DNA of 64,000 bases from contig JBGGOQ010000002.1 of assembly GCA_041320695.1 (NCBI GenBank), positions 21,618-85,617 on the forward strand, in the 5' to 3' direction. The position numbers and the translations under genes were made by a program. Source of the DNA: Caldicellulosiruptoraceae bacterium PP1. GTDB taxonomy: Bacteria > Bacillota > Thermoanaerobacteria > Caldicellulosiruptorales > Caldicellulosiruptoraceae. This document shows positions 30,993-40,032 of the stretch, in pieces (position 1 is the stretch's first letter; every line of letters starts with the position of its first letter). Below the pieces are notes generated by a model. That model had not been told where the DNA came from and made no database searches. It was given only the letters and a program-made list of their open reading frames with translations.

Positions 30993-33008
30993 CTATTGGT
31001 TATCCTGTTCTTCGATGATACCACTTTTTGCTTCTTCATTTTCTACTTTAACATCTTTTTGAAGCATAATTGAATTTAAAATATCTCTTTTTATCTTCTC
31101 AATATTTTCATCTGTTTCTTTATTTTCTTTAAATTCAATTCCAAGTTTTTCGCTTAACAATAGTGTAATCAACATATTGAAAGCATTTAAACCTTGAATA
31201 TCCTCTTTTCCCATTGTAACAACTGTTTTTGGAACAATATCAACGCCAGTTTTTTCTAAAGCCAACATAAACTTATTTAAGACATCCTGCAAAACTTGAT
31301 ATTGTGGTCCGCCATAAGCTTTTACTTGTTCTTCTACTGCAATAGCACGACCAATACCAATTCGAGCTTCTTTTTCTGCCTCTGCTTCTGCTAAAGCCTT
31401 AATCTTTTGAGCTTCTTGTATTGATTGTTGATAATCAGCTTTACCACGGTTTGTTTGAATTTGAATGTTTATTTCAGACTCTGTAAGGTATTTTTGTTGA
31501 GCTGCTTTTGCTTCTGCTTCACGCAGTTCTTTTTCTTTTTCGGCTGCTTTTTGCTGACGTGAGTAGGTTTCCACTTGTTCTAAGGCTATTTGCCTATCTC
31601 TTAGCTGCTCTAATATAGTATCTATTTTATTGTCATTTGGTGAAGAGGCAGGAGTTCCAATTAAAACCTCTTCAAGTTCAAGGTTGTAATGGAAAAACCT
31701 ATCTTTCATTTCTTGTGATGCTATTTTTTGTATTTCATCACGTTGTTGAATAAGCTCAATTAATGTTTTCTTTTGCCCAATATTTTTGAAATAAGCTGAA
31801 ACCATGGGGTCAAGAGTTTGTTCAACCAGCATCTTTAAATCACCAAAACGCTGAATAACTAAAGGAGCTTTTTTGTAATCTATATGAAGAACAACTGAAA
31901 GAGGTAAAGAAGGTTCAAAAGCATCTTTTGTAATAAGTCCTACTTCTTTTAGATTTTCGTCATATTTATGTGTACCTGTTTGGTTGCTAATCCATTTTAA
32001 AATAATGTTAGTAGTTGGTACTTTAACGATTTTTCCAGCGTAAGTATTAAAAGCGTATTTACCAGGCATAAGTGGATCTTTCCAGACACCTCTAAAGCCG
32101 CTTTCTACAAGTTCACCATGTTTGTAATCATCACCTGACGTGTCTTGCCCTTTTGGTCCTACATAAGATACAACAACACCAACAAATCCTACTTCAATAA
32201 CAGTTTTATCAATAAGCTCAACTGTAGCAAACAACCTATTTATAAAATAAGTGCCTTCAACTAAAACTTGAAGCTGTCTTCCTCGAAAGCCTCCAGCTTT
32301 CAAAAACTTCTCTGGGTCTTGGAAGTTGTTGTGATAATTTTCTAAATCAGATGAATCATTACCAACAGTTGGTGCTATTATATCATTACTTGGAAGTGAA
32401 GGACCATCATGAACAGTAACAATACCTACTTTATCTTCCGTAATAATGATTGGCCTAAAAGCATTTCGGGCTTTTAGGATTTGAGCCATATTTTCAATGG
32501 TTTCTCTTTCCTCTTTTGAACCCATCGGAAGAAAGTAAGTTTTATCCTCTGTAAAAACAATGAATTGTGCTAGGTTAAAAGCATACGTACCTTCACGAAG
32601 AATTGCTCTTTGTGGACCTTTTTGTCCACCATTTTCTAAGAAAGATCTGACATCCTGGAAGTTATTGCACTCAGGGATAATTTTACCTAGAGTTTGAGTT
32701 GCTTCAAGAGGTTTTCCGTCTCTTGAAAATACATAACCAATTTGACCTTGAGGAATTGTAACAAGCGGAACAATGTGAACTTTATACATAATTGGTGTTA
32801 AAAAGTGAATACCACCTCTTAAAACATTAGGCTGAAAACCTGCCTCTCCATGTAATGCAATTATTTGTTCATTGAGTGAGCCTTTAAAAGACCATTTTTT
32901 TTCAACTATACCTACTTTGTCATTTGGAATAATTCTAAAACCTATTAATTTTATGAGCAGATAAAAAGCTAATATAAAAAGAACTAATAAAATCAAAATT
33001 TCAACCAA
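30993..33008 (-). CDS. SPFH/band-7 (flotillin-like) membrane protein with an extended coiled-coil C-terminus
   Basis: 671 aa with an N-terminal TM, an SPFH-like domain and an Ala/Glu/Lys-rich coiled coil (AEAKAAQQKYL...ALAEAEAEKEARIG). Confidence 0.65.
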   Translation of the reverse strand: MVEILILLVLFILAFYLLIKLIGFRIIPNDKVGIVEKKWSFKGSLNEQIIALHGEAGFQPNVLRGGIHFLTPIMYKVHIVPLVTIPQGQIGYVFSRDGKPLEATQTLGKIIPECNNFQDVRSFLENGGQKGPQRAILREGTYAFNLAQFIVFTEDKTYFLPMGSKEERETIENMAQILKARNAFRPIIITEDKVGIVTVHDGPSLPSNDIIAPTVGNDSSDLENYHNNFQDPEKFLKAGGFRGRQLQVLVEGTYFINRLFATVELIDKTVIEVGFVGVVVSYVGPKGQDTSGDDYKHGELVESGFRGVWKDPLMPGKYAFNTYAGKIVKVPTTNIILKWISNQTGTHKYDENLKEVGLITKDAFEPSLPLSVVLHIDYKKAPLVIQRFGDLKMLVEQTLDPMVSAYFKNIGQKKTLIELIQQRDEIQKIASQEMKDRFFHYNLELEEVLIGTPASSPNDNKIDTILEQLRDRQIALEQVETYSRQQKAAEKEKELREAEAKAAQQKYLTESEINIQIQTNRGKADYQQSIQEAQKIKALAEAEAEKEARIGIGRAIAVEEQVKAYGGPQYQVLQDVLNKFMLALEKTGVDIVPKTVVTMGKEDIQGLNAFNMLITLLLSEKLGIEFKENKETDENIEKIKRDILNSIMLQKDVKVENEEAKSGIIEEQDNQ

Positions 33009-33156
33009 TATACCATTCCCCTTTCTCCTTAATATAGTTATTTATACAATAAAATATATATGTATATTTATAATAGCAATAATACAAATTAATATCAATA
33101 AAATAGTGTAATACATATAGAAGAATTTATAAAAGACCTTTTGAGAAGGTAGGCAA

Positions 33157-33474
33157 TTCAATTGACGAATTGTTATTATTGATATAATATTAATGCAAAC
33201 AAGCTATTGAAAAATCAATTTACCTATTTTAAAAGGAGATTTTAAATTAACAAAAACCTCAGAGGATTTACTTGCTTTTGTAAGGACATATAATGATAAA
33301 AATATGCTTATGATATTTAACTTTACTGATAAAAACATATTACAAAGTTTAACATTACCAAAGGAAATAAATATTAAGGGGTCATTATCAAAAGAGCGAG
33401 GATATATTTCATGGACTAAAGATATGAAACTGAGCATTAAGTTGAAGTCATATTCATTTGAGGTTGTAAAATAA
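33157..33474 (+). pseudogene. internally deleted paralog of the GH13 amylase gene (promoter fused to the last ~84 codons)
   Basis: 33157-33200 match the amylase promoter and leader (26898-26941, TTGACg...TGATATAAT...TTAATGCAAAC). 33222-33474 match the amylase 3' end (28255-28508) at about 90% identity. The copy encodes LPILKGDFKLTKTSEDLLAFVRTYNDKNMLMIFNFTDKN...SFEVVK*. Confidence 0.6.
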
Positions 33475-33519
33475 ACACTAATCTATAATTGTATTTTTAA
33501 ATTAATAAAAATTATCAAG

Positions 33520-33558
33520 AAAAAAAGCAACAAATTATGTATTTTGTTGCTTTTTTAT
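33520..33558. terminator. terminator-like hairpin that overlaps the left inverted repeat
   Basis: AAAAAAAGCAACAAA ttatgtat TTTGTTGCTTTTTT. Confidence 0.45.
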
Positions 33559-33565
33559 TTTTCGA
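33529..33565. repeat. left copy of a 37-bp perfect inverted repeat (AACAAATTATGTATTTTGTTGCTTTTTTATTTTTCGA)
   Basis: Identical 37 nt occur in inverted orientation at 34422-34458. The match runs 10 nt beyond the hairpin on one side only, so it is not just a self-complementary terminator. Confidence 0.6.
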
Positions 33566-33735
33566 CAAATAATAACACATATATACCACATTTTTCATCA
33601 TTTTTCAACATATTTTTTAATTTATAAATTAATGCCCTTTTTTATAAAAAGATAATCAAAATTGCTAATATTAATTTTTGAAATAAAAATAACCTATAAC
33701 ATAAATTCTAAAATTTATTATTTATGTTCGTATGC

Positions 33736-34305
33736 TTAAAATTGTACTAGAGAATAAATTTCATCCTTTTGGTCTTGATTTACTCCAATATATCTTAAAG
33801 TTATACTCTGAGAGCTATGATTAAAAGTATCCATTATTAAACCTATGTTATATTTAGATATTTTATATGTCCAATACCCCCATGTTTTTCTCAAACTATG
33901 AGTACCAAAATTTTCTATACCAACAATTTGTGAGGCTTCCTTCATAACTTTATAAGCTTGTATGCGACCAATGTGACCACCTTTTTGACTAAAAAATAAA
34001 TAACTATCATAAGTTAAATTTTGTTTTTCTATGTATGTTTTTATAGCATCACGAAGAACATTATTAAGCTTTATTTTCTTTTCTTTTTTCGTCTTTTTTT
34101 CTTTAACTATAAGATAATTATAAAACTCTCCTTTTTCATTTAGTATATCAGAAACTTTTAGTGGTAAGATATCACTTATTCTTAATCCAGTATTAAGCCC
34201 AAATTTTAAAAGCAAAGCATATTTAGGATCTTTTTCATTTAAATAATTGTACATCTGCTTTATTTTACTTTTGTCTCTTATTGGCTCAACTGTCACTTTA
34301 ACCAT
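33736..34305 (-). CDS. small tyrosine-type site-specific recombinase (FimB/FimE/RecV-sized, catalytic domain only)
   Basis: 189 aa. Catalytic tetrad candidates R (GLRISD), K, H-x-x-R (HSLRKT) and the Tyr nucleophile (LRYIG). The in-frame GTG at 34296, about 9 nt after AGGAG, may be the true start. The ATG at 34305 abuts that SD. Confidence 0.75.
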   Translation of the reverse strand: MVKVTVEPIRDKSKIKQMYNYLNEKDPKYALLLKFGLNTGLRISDILPLKVSDILNEKGEFYNYLIVKEKKTKKEKKIKLNNVLRDAIKTYIEKQNLTYDSYLFFSQKGGHIGRIQAYKVMKEASQIVGIENFGTHSLRKTWGYWTYKISKYNIGLIMDTFNHSSQSITLRYIGVNQDQKDEIYSLVQF

Positions 34306-34372
34306 CTCCTAAATGCAATGTTACATTCAAATATTATATAAAAGGATTTATGATATTACAACAAACAATGAT

Positions 34373-34401
34373 TTGAAGAAATAATTTAGTATTCCTATAA
34401 A
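34373..34401 (+). promoter_or_regulatory. candidate outward-facing promoter TTGAAG-17-TATAAA inside the IR-bounded segment
   Basis: -35 at 34373-34378, 17-nt spacer, -10 at 34396-34401, oriented towards the right IR, the riboswitch and the che operon. Sequence pattern only. Confidence 0.25.
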
Positions 34402-34421
34402 TATAGAACAAATAAGGCATT

Positions 34422-34458
34422 TCGAAAAATAAAAAAGCAACAAAATACATAATTTGTT
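34422..34458. repeat. right copy (inverted) of the 37-bp repeat
   Basis: TCGAAAAATAAAAAAGCAACAAAATACATAATTTGTT is the reverse complement of 33529-33565. Confidence 0.6.
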
Positions 34459-34562
34459 TCATTTCTTATATTGATAAAAAATATTATTTCGCATAGTTTT
34501 ATTAAAACAAAGATAATTAACCTTGTTATGCCATACCAAAATAATAACAACACTTTATATGT

Positions 34563-34685
34563 CGAAAAAGGCAAACCTATCGAAAGATAGGGACGCAAAG
34601 CTATGGGTCTAAGGGATTTATATTGGTATATTAAGAGTTATTTTTAAACTTAATTTACCTATGATTGCCAGGCTGCCGAAACATA
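34563..34685 (+). ncRNA. c-di-GMP-I (GEMM) riboswitch aptamer
   Basis: GGCAAACC UAUC GAAA GAUAGG GACGCAAAGC UAUGGGUCUAAGG ... CCAGGCUGCCGAAA matches the GEMM P1/P2 core known from the Vc2 riboswitch (GGCAAACC...CGAAAG...GGGACGCAAAGCC...GGCCUAAACC). It includes a 6-bp GAAA-tetraloop helix. Confidence 0.65.
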
Positions 34686-34736
34686 TGCAATACTAGACAA
34701 ATAATAAATAGTTTTGTATATGTTTTTACATATTAA

Positions 34737-34770
34737 TAGGCACAATGGCAGTTATTGTGCCTATTTTATT
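34737..34770 (+). terminator. riboswitch expression-platform terminator
   Basis: TAGGCACAAT ggcagtt ATTGTGCCTA followed by TTTTATT, about 20 nt before the RBS GGAGG and the ATG at 34792. Confidence 0.6.
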
Positions 34771-34791
34771 AAAATTATGGAGGAATGATTT

Positions 34792-36687
34792 ATGGAGAAA
34801 AAGTTAATTGAACCCAAAAAAATATCAAGTAGACCAAGCAGTACAACAAAGAATGTAGACAATAAGATTAAAAGCAAAACATTGGTAAGGCAGCAACAGC
34901 TATCCGAAAGGTTAGCAGCTGCAGCAGCACAACTTATGGCAGGAATTGAAGAATCTACGGCTGCTGTTGAACAGCTAAATAAAAGTGCAGAACAATTAGC
35001 AGCATCAGCAGAGGAATCATCTGCAGCAGTTGAGGAATCAAAAGCAGCAACAGAAGAAATTAAAAAATCATCAGCTGTTGCTTTAAGAAATTCAGTTGCA
35101 TTAAATGATAGGGCTAAAAACCTAAGTGTTGCTGTAAACGAAACCTCAAAAAGAATTCAAGAGTTAATTGAGGATATTAAGTTATCAGCTAAGAAGAAGC
35201 AAGTTTTAGCGAATATGGTTCATGAACTTGATGCATATTCTAATGAAATAGCCAATATTGTTTCAAATGTTGCAAAGATTGCTGACCAAATAAATTTGCT
35301 TGCATTAAATGCTGCTATTGAAGCTGCAAGAGCTGGTGAACACGGTAGAGGTTTTGCTGTTGTTGCTGACGAGGTAAGAAATCTTGCTGAAGTTGCAGAA
35401 AAATTAGCAAATAATGTAAAGTATATTGTTGAACAAGTAAACAATGGTATAAAAAATGTTGTTGATAAGATTCAACAATCAGTAAAATATGAAGATGAAC
35501 AAGCAAATATTGGTGATGATATATTAAATAATCTAATTAGAAATACACAATCGTTTGAAATTGTTTTAGAAAGGACATCAGATATACATTTAACTTCACA
35601 AAAAACATCTGATGCAATGAATGAATTTTTAAAACTTGTGGAAAATATAGCAACTGCTTCAGAACAAATTGCATCATCAGCAGTCGAAATAAGTAAATCA
35701 ACTGCAGAACAAGTTACAGCTTATAATGAAGCTAATAGTAGAACAAATGAACTTAATGAATTGGCTGAAGACCTCAGAAACTCAACAGATGCTGAAAAAG
35801 ATGCAAGTAAAATTGCTTTATTAGCTGATGAACTTTCTTCTGCTATTGAAGAGATATCCTCATCGTTAGATCAGATTCATGAAGCTTTAAGACAAATTGA
35901 AACAGCTTCAAAAATTGAATCAGAACATGCAGAAGAAGGGCGTGAGGAGATTAGCAAGATAGTCAATGATTCTCAAAAGCAAAGACAAATAGTAAACGAG
36001 TTAGACCAGGTGATAAATAAATTCTCAATTGATTTAAATGAAATTACTAATACAAGCTTTAAATTGATTGAGAATATAACTGAAACACTGCAAATAAACC
36101 ACGAGATAATTAACTTAATGAAAGATATTGAAAAAAATTCACGAAATTTAGAAAAAATTATTGAATCAATAGCATCAGTAACCGTCCAAACAAATATGTT
36201 AGCAGTGAATGGTTCTATTGAAGCAGCAAGAGCTGGAGAATTTGGGAGAGGGTTTTCTGTAGTTGCAACAGATATAAGAACTTTAGCGGGTGAATCTACA
36301 GAAAATGCAGATAATATGAAAGATATTGTAAGAAACGTTCAAAACCAAATAACAAAAATAATAACAGATATCGACAATGCTGTAAATACAACTACATTAT
36401 CAATTGAAAAATCAAAAAAGGATATCTACCAAATGAAAGATACTCTAAAATTAGTTGATGAAATGAAAAAGGCTTCAGATGAGATTAACGTTGAAATTGA
36501 GCAGGTTTTAACAGCAATTGAACAACTTCAGAAAGGCTTTGAAAATATTAGTTCTGCTGCCCAAGAAAATCTATCAGCAGTTACAGAAGCAACTAATGCA
36601 GCTTTAGAACAAAAACGTGGAGCAGATGATTTAATTGCAGCAGTGCAAGATATTTCAAGCTTAGCAGAAGAGATTGAAACAATGTAA
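34792..36687 (+). CDS. soluble (no TM) methyl-accepting chemotaxis-like protein with two MA signalling domains
   Basis: Two copies of the conserved MCP signalling core: [32 protein letters not shown] (about aa 170-200) and [34 protein letters not shown] (about aa 465-500). No hydrophobic segment. Confidence 0.85.
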   Translation: MEKKLIEPKKISSRPSSTTKNVDNKIKSKTLVRQQQLSERLAAAAAQLMAGIEESTAAVEQLNKSAEQLAASAEESSAAVEESKAATEEIKKSSAVALRNSVALNDRAKNLSVAVNETSKRIQELIEDIKLSAKKKQVLANMVHELDAYSNEIANIVSNVAKIADQINLLALNAAIEAARAGEHGRGFAVVADEVRNLAEVAEKLANNVKYIVEQVNNGIKNVVDKIQQSVKYEDEQANIGDDILNNLIRNTQSFEIVLERTSDIHLTSQKTSDAMNEFLKLVENIATASEQIASSAVEISKSTAEQVTAYNEANSRTNELNELAEDLRNSTDAEKDASKIALLADELSSAIEEISSSLDQIHEALRQIETASKIESEHAEEGREEISKIVNDSQKQRQIVNELDQVINKFSIDLNEITNTSFKLIENITETLQINHEIINLMKDIEKNSRNLEKIIESIASVTVQTNMLAVNGSIEAARAGEFGRGFSVVATDIRTLAGESTENADNMKDIVRNVQNQITKIITDIDNAVNTTTLSIEKSKKDIYQMKDTLKLVDEMKKASDEINVEIEQVLTAIEQLQKGFENISSAAQENLSAVTEATNAALEQKRGADDLIAAVQDISSLAEEIETM

Positions 36688-36695
36688 GAAGGGAC

Positions 36696-38123
36696 TTGGT
36701 AGATATGAACAAAGATAAAGATAAGAACAATATGATAGTTAGCTTCAAATTAGGGCAACAGACAATAGGTATATCTATAAATAATGTTAAGGAAATAATT
36801 AGAGTTCCAGAGATTACGCCAGTTCCTTTAACAGTTTCTTACTTTGCTGGACTAATTAATTTACGTGGAGACATTATTCCTGTTATTGACCTAAAAGAAA
36901 AATATAAAATTGATTCCATTGGAGCAACTGAGGATAGAAGAATTATAGTTATAGAAGAAAATATGAAAAAATTTGGTATTATTGTTGATAAAGTTCTTGA
37001 TATTACCGAATATGATGAAGAAGATATTGATAAGAAAAAAATAGGAAGTTACGAAGAAATTGAGGCAATAATTAAACAAGAGTCAAAGCATAGAATTGTA
37101 GTTCTTATTGATATTGCAAAGGTTGTTTCTGAGAATATTATTTTATTTAATTATTCAAACAAAAAAGAGTCAAAAACACAGCATTCAAAAGAGCTGAAAA
37201 ATAATATATCTGAATCTGAAAGCCGATTTATACTTTTTGAAATATGTGAGCAAAATTATGCATTAGAAATAGAAAAAATAAAAGAAATAATGCGATATAC
37301 TGAACTGTCAGAGATACCAGATAATGAAAACAATATTGATGGCGTTATAAATCTTAGAGGTGAGGTAATACCAATTATAAATTTATCTAAAATAATCGGA
37401 TTACAAAATATACCAATAACTGATGCAACAAGAATAATTATTTTGATGGAGAGCGATTATAAAGTTGGATTCATTGTTGATAAAGTAAATGCTGTTCTAT
37501 CAGTAGCTAAAAGTGATATTAAAGAGCCTAGTTTTTTAATAAGCAGTAAAGAAATTATTAAAAATATAATTAATGCTAAAGATTGCTTAGCTATGGTTTT
37601 GAACACAAGCAAGATTTTATCGGGATTCGAGGAAAAAATTAGAAGTGATTATAACACAGGAGATGAATTTATTGGTATGGATTCAAAAAATGATGAAATG
37701 CAAGTAGTAATATTTGAGACTGATAATCAACTTATGGCTTTAAACATTACTGATGTTAAAGAAATAAATAAAGTTCCAAACATTGTTCCACTACCACAAG
37801 AAAGAGAATATATTAAAGGGATTGCTAACCTAAGAGGCGAAATTATTCCAATTTTTGATCTTGATAAATTATTCTATCAAACACAAACAACAATTAATGA
37901 TTCGTCAAGAATAATAATAGTTGAAATAGGAAATAAAAAATATGGAATAATAGCAAAAAAAGTTCTTAGCGTTTCAAGTTTTGGAGATAAAGATATAATT
38001 GAACTGGACAATGAAGAAAACCAAATAAATGTTGATATTGAAAAAAGATATATAAAGTCAGTTCTTAAAAAAGATGAACAGGTTGTTATTGTATTAAATA
38101 CATCTTCGATAATTCATCAATAA
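36696..38123 (+). CDS. triple-CheW-domain coupling protein
   Basis: Three CheW-like repeats end in GLINLRGDIIPVIDL, GVINLRGEVIPIINL and GIANLRGEIIPIFDL. Confidence 0.85.
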   Translation: MVDMNKDKDKNNMIVSFKLGQQTIGISINNVKEIIRVPEITPVPLTVSYFAGLINLRGDIIPVIDLKEKYKIDSIGATEDRRIIVIEENMKKFGIIVDKVLDITEYDEEDIDKKKIGSYEEIEAIIKQESKHRIVVLIDIAKVVSENIILFNYSNKKESKTQHSKELKNNISESESRFILFEICEQNYALEIEKIKEIMRYTELSEIPDNENNIDGVINLRGEVIPIINLSKIIGLQNIPITDATRIIILMESDYKVGFIVDKVNAVLSVAKSDIKEPSFLISSKEIIKNIINAKDCLAMVLNTSKILSGFEEKIRSDYNTGDEFIGMDSKNDEMQVVIFETDNQLMALNITDVKEINKVPNIVPLPQEREYIKGIANLRGEIIPIFDLDKLFYQTQTTINDSSRIIIVEIGNKKYGIIAKKVLSVSSFGDKDIIELDNEENQINVDIEKRYIKSVLKKDEQVVIVLNTSSIIHQ

Positions 38124-38138
38124 GGTGGTAACTTAATA

Positions 38139-39191
38139 ATGATAAATGTTTTAGTAGTAGATGATTCAGCTTTTATGAGAAAAAAAATCAAGGAAATGAT
38201 TGAAAGTGACAGGCAACTAAAAGTTATTGATACAGCAAGAGATGGAATTGAAGCAATTGAAAAAGCTGAAAAATTAAAACCAGATGTAATTACATTAGAT
38301 GTTAATATGCCTAATATGGATGGACTTAAAGCATTAGAAATAATAGTAAATAAAAGAATAGCACCAGTTATTATGTTATCATCATTAACCTATGATGGAG
38401 CTAAAACCACCTTTGAAGCTCTCGATTTAGGAGCATATGATTTTGTTGCAAAGCCTAGTGGAACAATTTCTTTGGATATTGAAAAGGTAAAAGATGAATT
38501 AATTGAAAAAATAAAACTTGCTTATAATGCTGATGAAAATAAAAAATATTTAGTTAGAAAAGATAGAACAAATATTAAAAAAATTGCTGGGGTCATTAAG
38601 CATGATGCATTTAAAGCTGTTGCAATAGGAATATCTACTGGTGGGCCTAAAACAATTATGGATGTCATTCCATATTTACCACGAAATTTAAATGCTGCAA
38701 TATTTCTGGTTCAACATATGCCACCTAATTTTACTACACAATATGCAAATAGGCTAAATGATTCATCTGATATTACTGTTGTTGAGGCAAGTGCAGGTAT
38801 GACTGTTGAAAAAGGAGTATGTTATGTAGGGAAAGGTGGATATCACCTGACCCTACATAAGTCTATTGATGAAAAAATTAGAATTAGACTTACACAAAGT
38901 CCTAAACATCAGTTTATGCCCTCGGTAAGCGTTATGATGAATTCTGTATTAAATATTTTTGGTGCTAATACCATAGGTGTTTTGATGACTGGCATGGGAG
39001 ATGATGGTGCTGATATGATGGTAAAAACAAAAGAAATAGGTGGAGTTACAATCGCTGAATCTCAAGAAACAGCAGTTGTTTTTGGAATGCCAAAAGAAGC
39101 AATTAAAAGAGGTGGAGCAGATTTTATAATACCATCTTATGAGATAGCTGAAAAAATAATAGAATTAGTAGGATTGTTTGAGGAGGAGTAA
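38139..39191 (+). CDS. cheB: chemotaxis methylesterase CheB (receiver + CheB_methylest)
   Basis: N-terminal receiver (VLVVDDSAFMRK...D) and a C-terminal methylesterase with catalytic Ser-His-Asp region (GISTGGP...HMPPNFT...GMGDDGA). Confidence 0.9.
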   Translation: MINVLVVDDSAFMRKKIKEMIESDRQLKVIDTARDGIEAIEKAEKLKPDVITLDVNMPNMDGLKALEIIVNKRIAPVIMLSSLTYDGAKTTFEALDLGAYDFVAKPSGTISLDIEKVKDELIEKIKLAYNADENKKYLVRKDRTNIKKIAGVIKHDAFKAVAIGISTGGPKTIMDVIPYLPRNLNAAIFLVQHMPPNFTTQYANRLNDSSDITVVEASAGMTVEKGVCYVGKGGYHLTLHKSIDEKIRIRLTQSPKHQFMPSVSVMMNSVLNIFGANTIGVLMTGMGDDGADMMVKTKEIGGVTIAESQETAVVFGMPKEAIKRGGADFIIPSYEIAEKIIELVGLFEEE

Positions 39192-39193
39192 GA

Positions 39194-39553
39194 ATGAAAG
39201 TAATGATTGTAGATGATTCACCTATGATTCATAAATTATTAAAAAAAGAAATAGAGAAAAATGGACACCAAGTTGTTTTTATAGCTTCAAATGGTAAAGA
39301 AGCTGTAGAAAATTACATGAACGTTAAGCCTGATATAGTATTTATGGATCTAACAATGCCAGTTATGGAGGGTGACCAGGCATATAAAGAAATAAATAAA
39401 ATTGATAGTAACTGTAAATTTGTTTTTTTAACTGCTCTGGGTGATAATAAAGAATTATTTGAGAATGATAAAAATATCATAAGGATCATAAAAAAACCAT
39501 TTAAACCAGATGAAATAAAAGAAATACTTATGGTGGTAGGTGCTATGTCATGA
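39194..39553 (+). CDS. CheY-like single-domain response regulator
   Basis: 119 aa receiver (KVMIVDDSPMIH...DLTMPVMEG...K). Confidence 0.9.
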   Translation: MKVMIVDDSPMIHKLLKKEIEKNGHQVVFIASNGKEAVENYMNVKPDIVFMDLTMPVMEGDQAYKEINKIDSNCKFVFLTALGDNKELFENDKNIIRIIKKPFKPDEIKEILMVVGAMS

Positions 39554-40026
39554 CTGATTTAATAAATATGCAAATATCAGAAAGCTGCGATAAAGTTGTT
39601 TTGGATGTTTTTACGCAGATGACAGATATTGAACCAGAAAGAGTAAATTATCGAGAAAATAATCTCAATGAAATAGAATATGATGGCATAATCTCAATAG
39701 TAAGTTTTACTGGAGAAAAAAGAGGAAGAATTATTCTTGGTATTCAAAAGATATTAGCTGATTATATCACTTTACAGGTATATGGGAAATCTAATCCAAC
39801 AAATGATGAAGTCCTTGAGGTGATATCAGAACTAAATAACATAGTATCAGGAAATATAGCATCAGAATACAAAAAAATATCTGGGATAATAATGAAGGTT
39901 ACACCCCCATCTATTTTTTTCGGGAAGAGAATTATTGTTTCAACAGCACAAATTACAAATAGCAGGTATGATTATTTAACTTTATATGGCTCCTTTTTTC
40001 TTAATGTAGGATTTGAAAGGGGATAA
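39550..40026 (+). CDS. CheC/CheX/FliY-family phosphatase-like protein
   Basis: 158 aa with an E-x-x-N motif (SELNNIVSGN) as in CheC/CheX CheY-P phosphatases. Overlaps cheY by 4 nt. Confidence 0.6.
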   Translation: MTDLINMQISESCDKVVLDVFTQMTDIEPERVNYRENNLNEIEYDGIISIVSFTGEKRGRIILGIQKILADYITLQVYGKSNPTNDEVLEVISELNNIVSGNIASEYKKISGIIMKVTPPSIFFGKRIIVSTAQITNSRYDYLTLYGSFFLNVGFERG

Positions 40027-40032
40027 AAGCAG

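Larger units (their letters stand above)
33529..34458. mobile_element. putative recombinase-invertible DNA segment (930 bp, carries its own tyrosine recombinase)
   Basis: 37-bp perfect inverted repeats bracket only the small recombinase gene and a promoter-like sequence. The segment sits directly upstream of the c-di-GMP riboswitch and che operon. This is an inference from architecture. Confidence 0.35.

Noticed and set aside
33204-33437. 77-aa minus-strand ORF
   Set aside because: Lies antisense within the amylase 3'-end remnant. The plus-strand frame reproduces the amylase C-terminus, so the minus-strand ORF is spurious.
34395-34598. 67-aa minus-strand ORF
   Set aside because: Spans the right inverted repeat and the 5' half of the riboswitch aptamer. 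The highly conserved GEMM nucleotides explain this sequence better than coding.
35220-35506. Two minus-strand ORFs (74 and 63 aa) inside the soluble MCP gene
   Set aside because: Antisense to the Ala/Glu-rich MCP signalling domain. Such repeats routinely give open antisense frames (Gln/Leu-rich translations).
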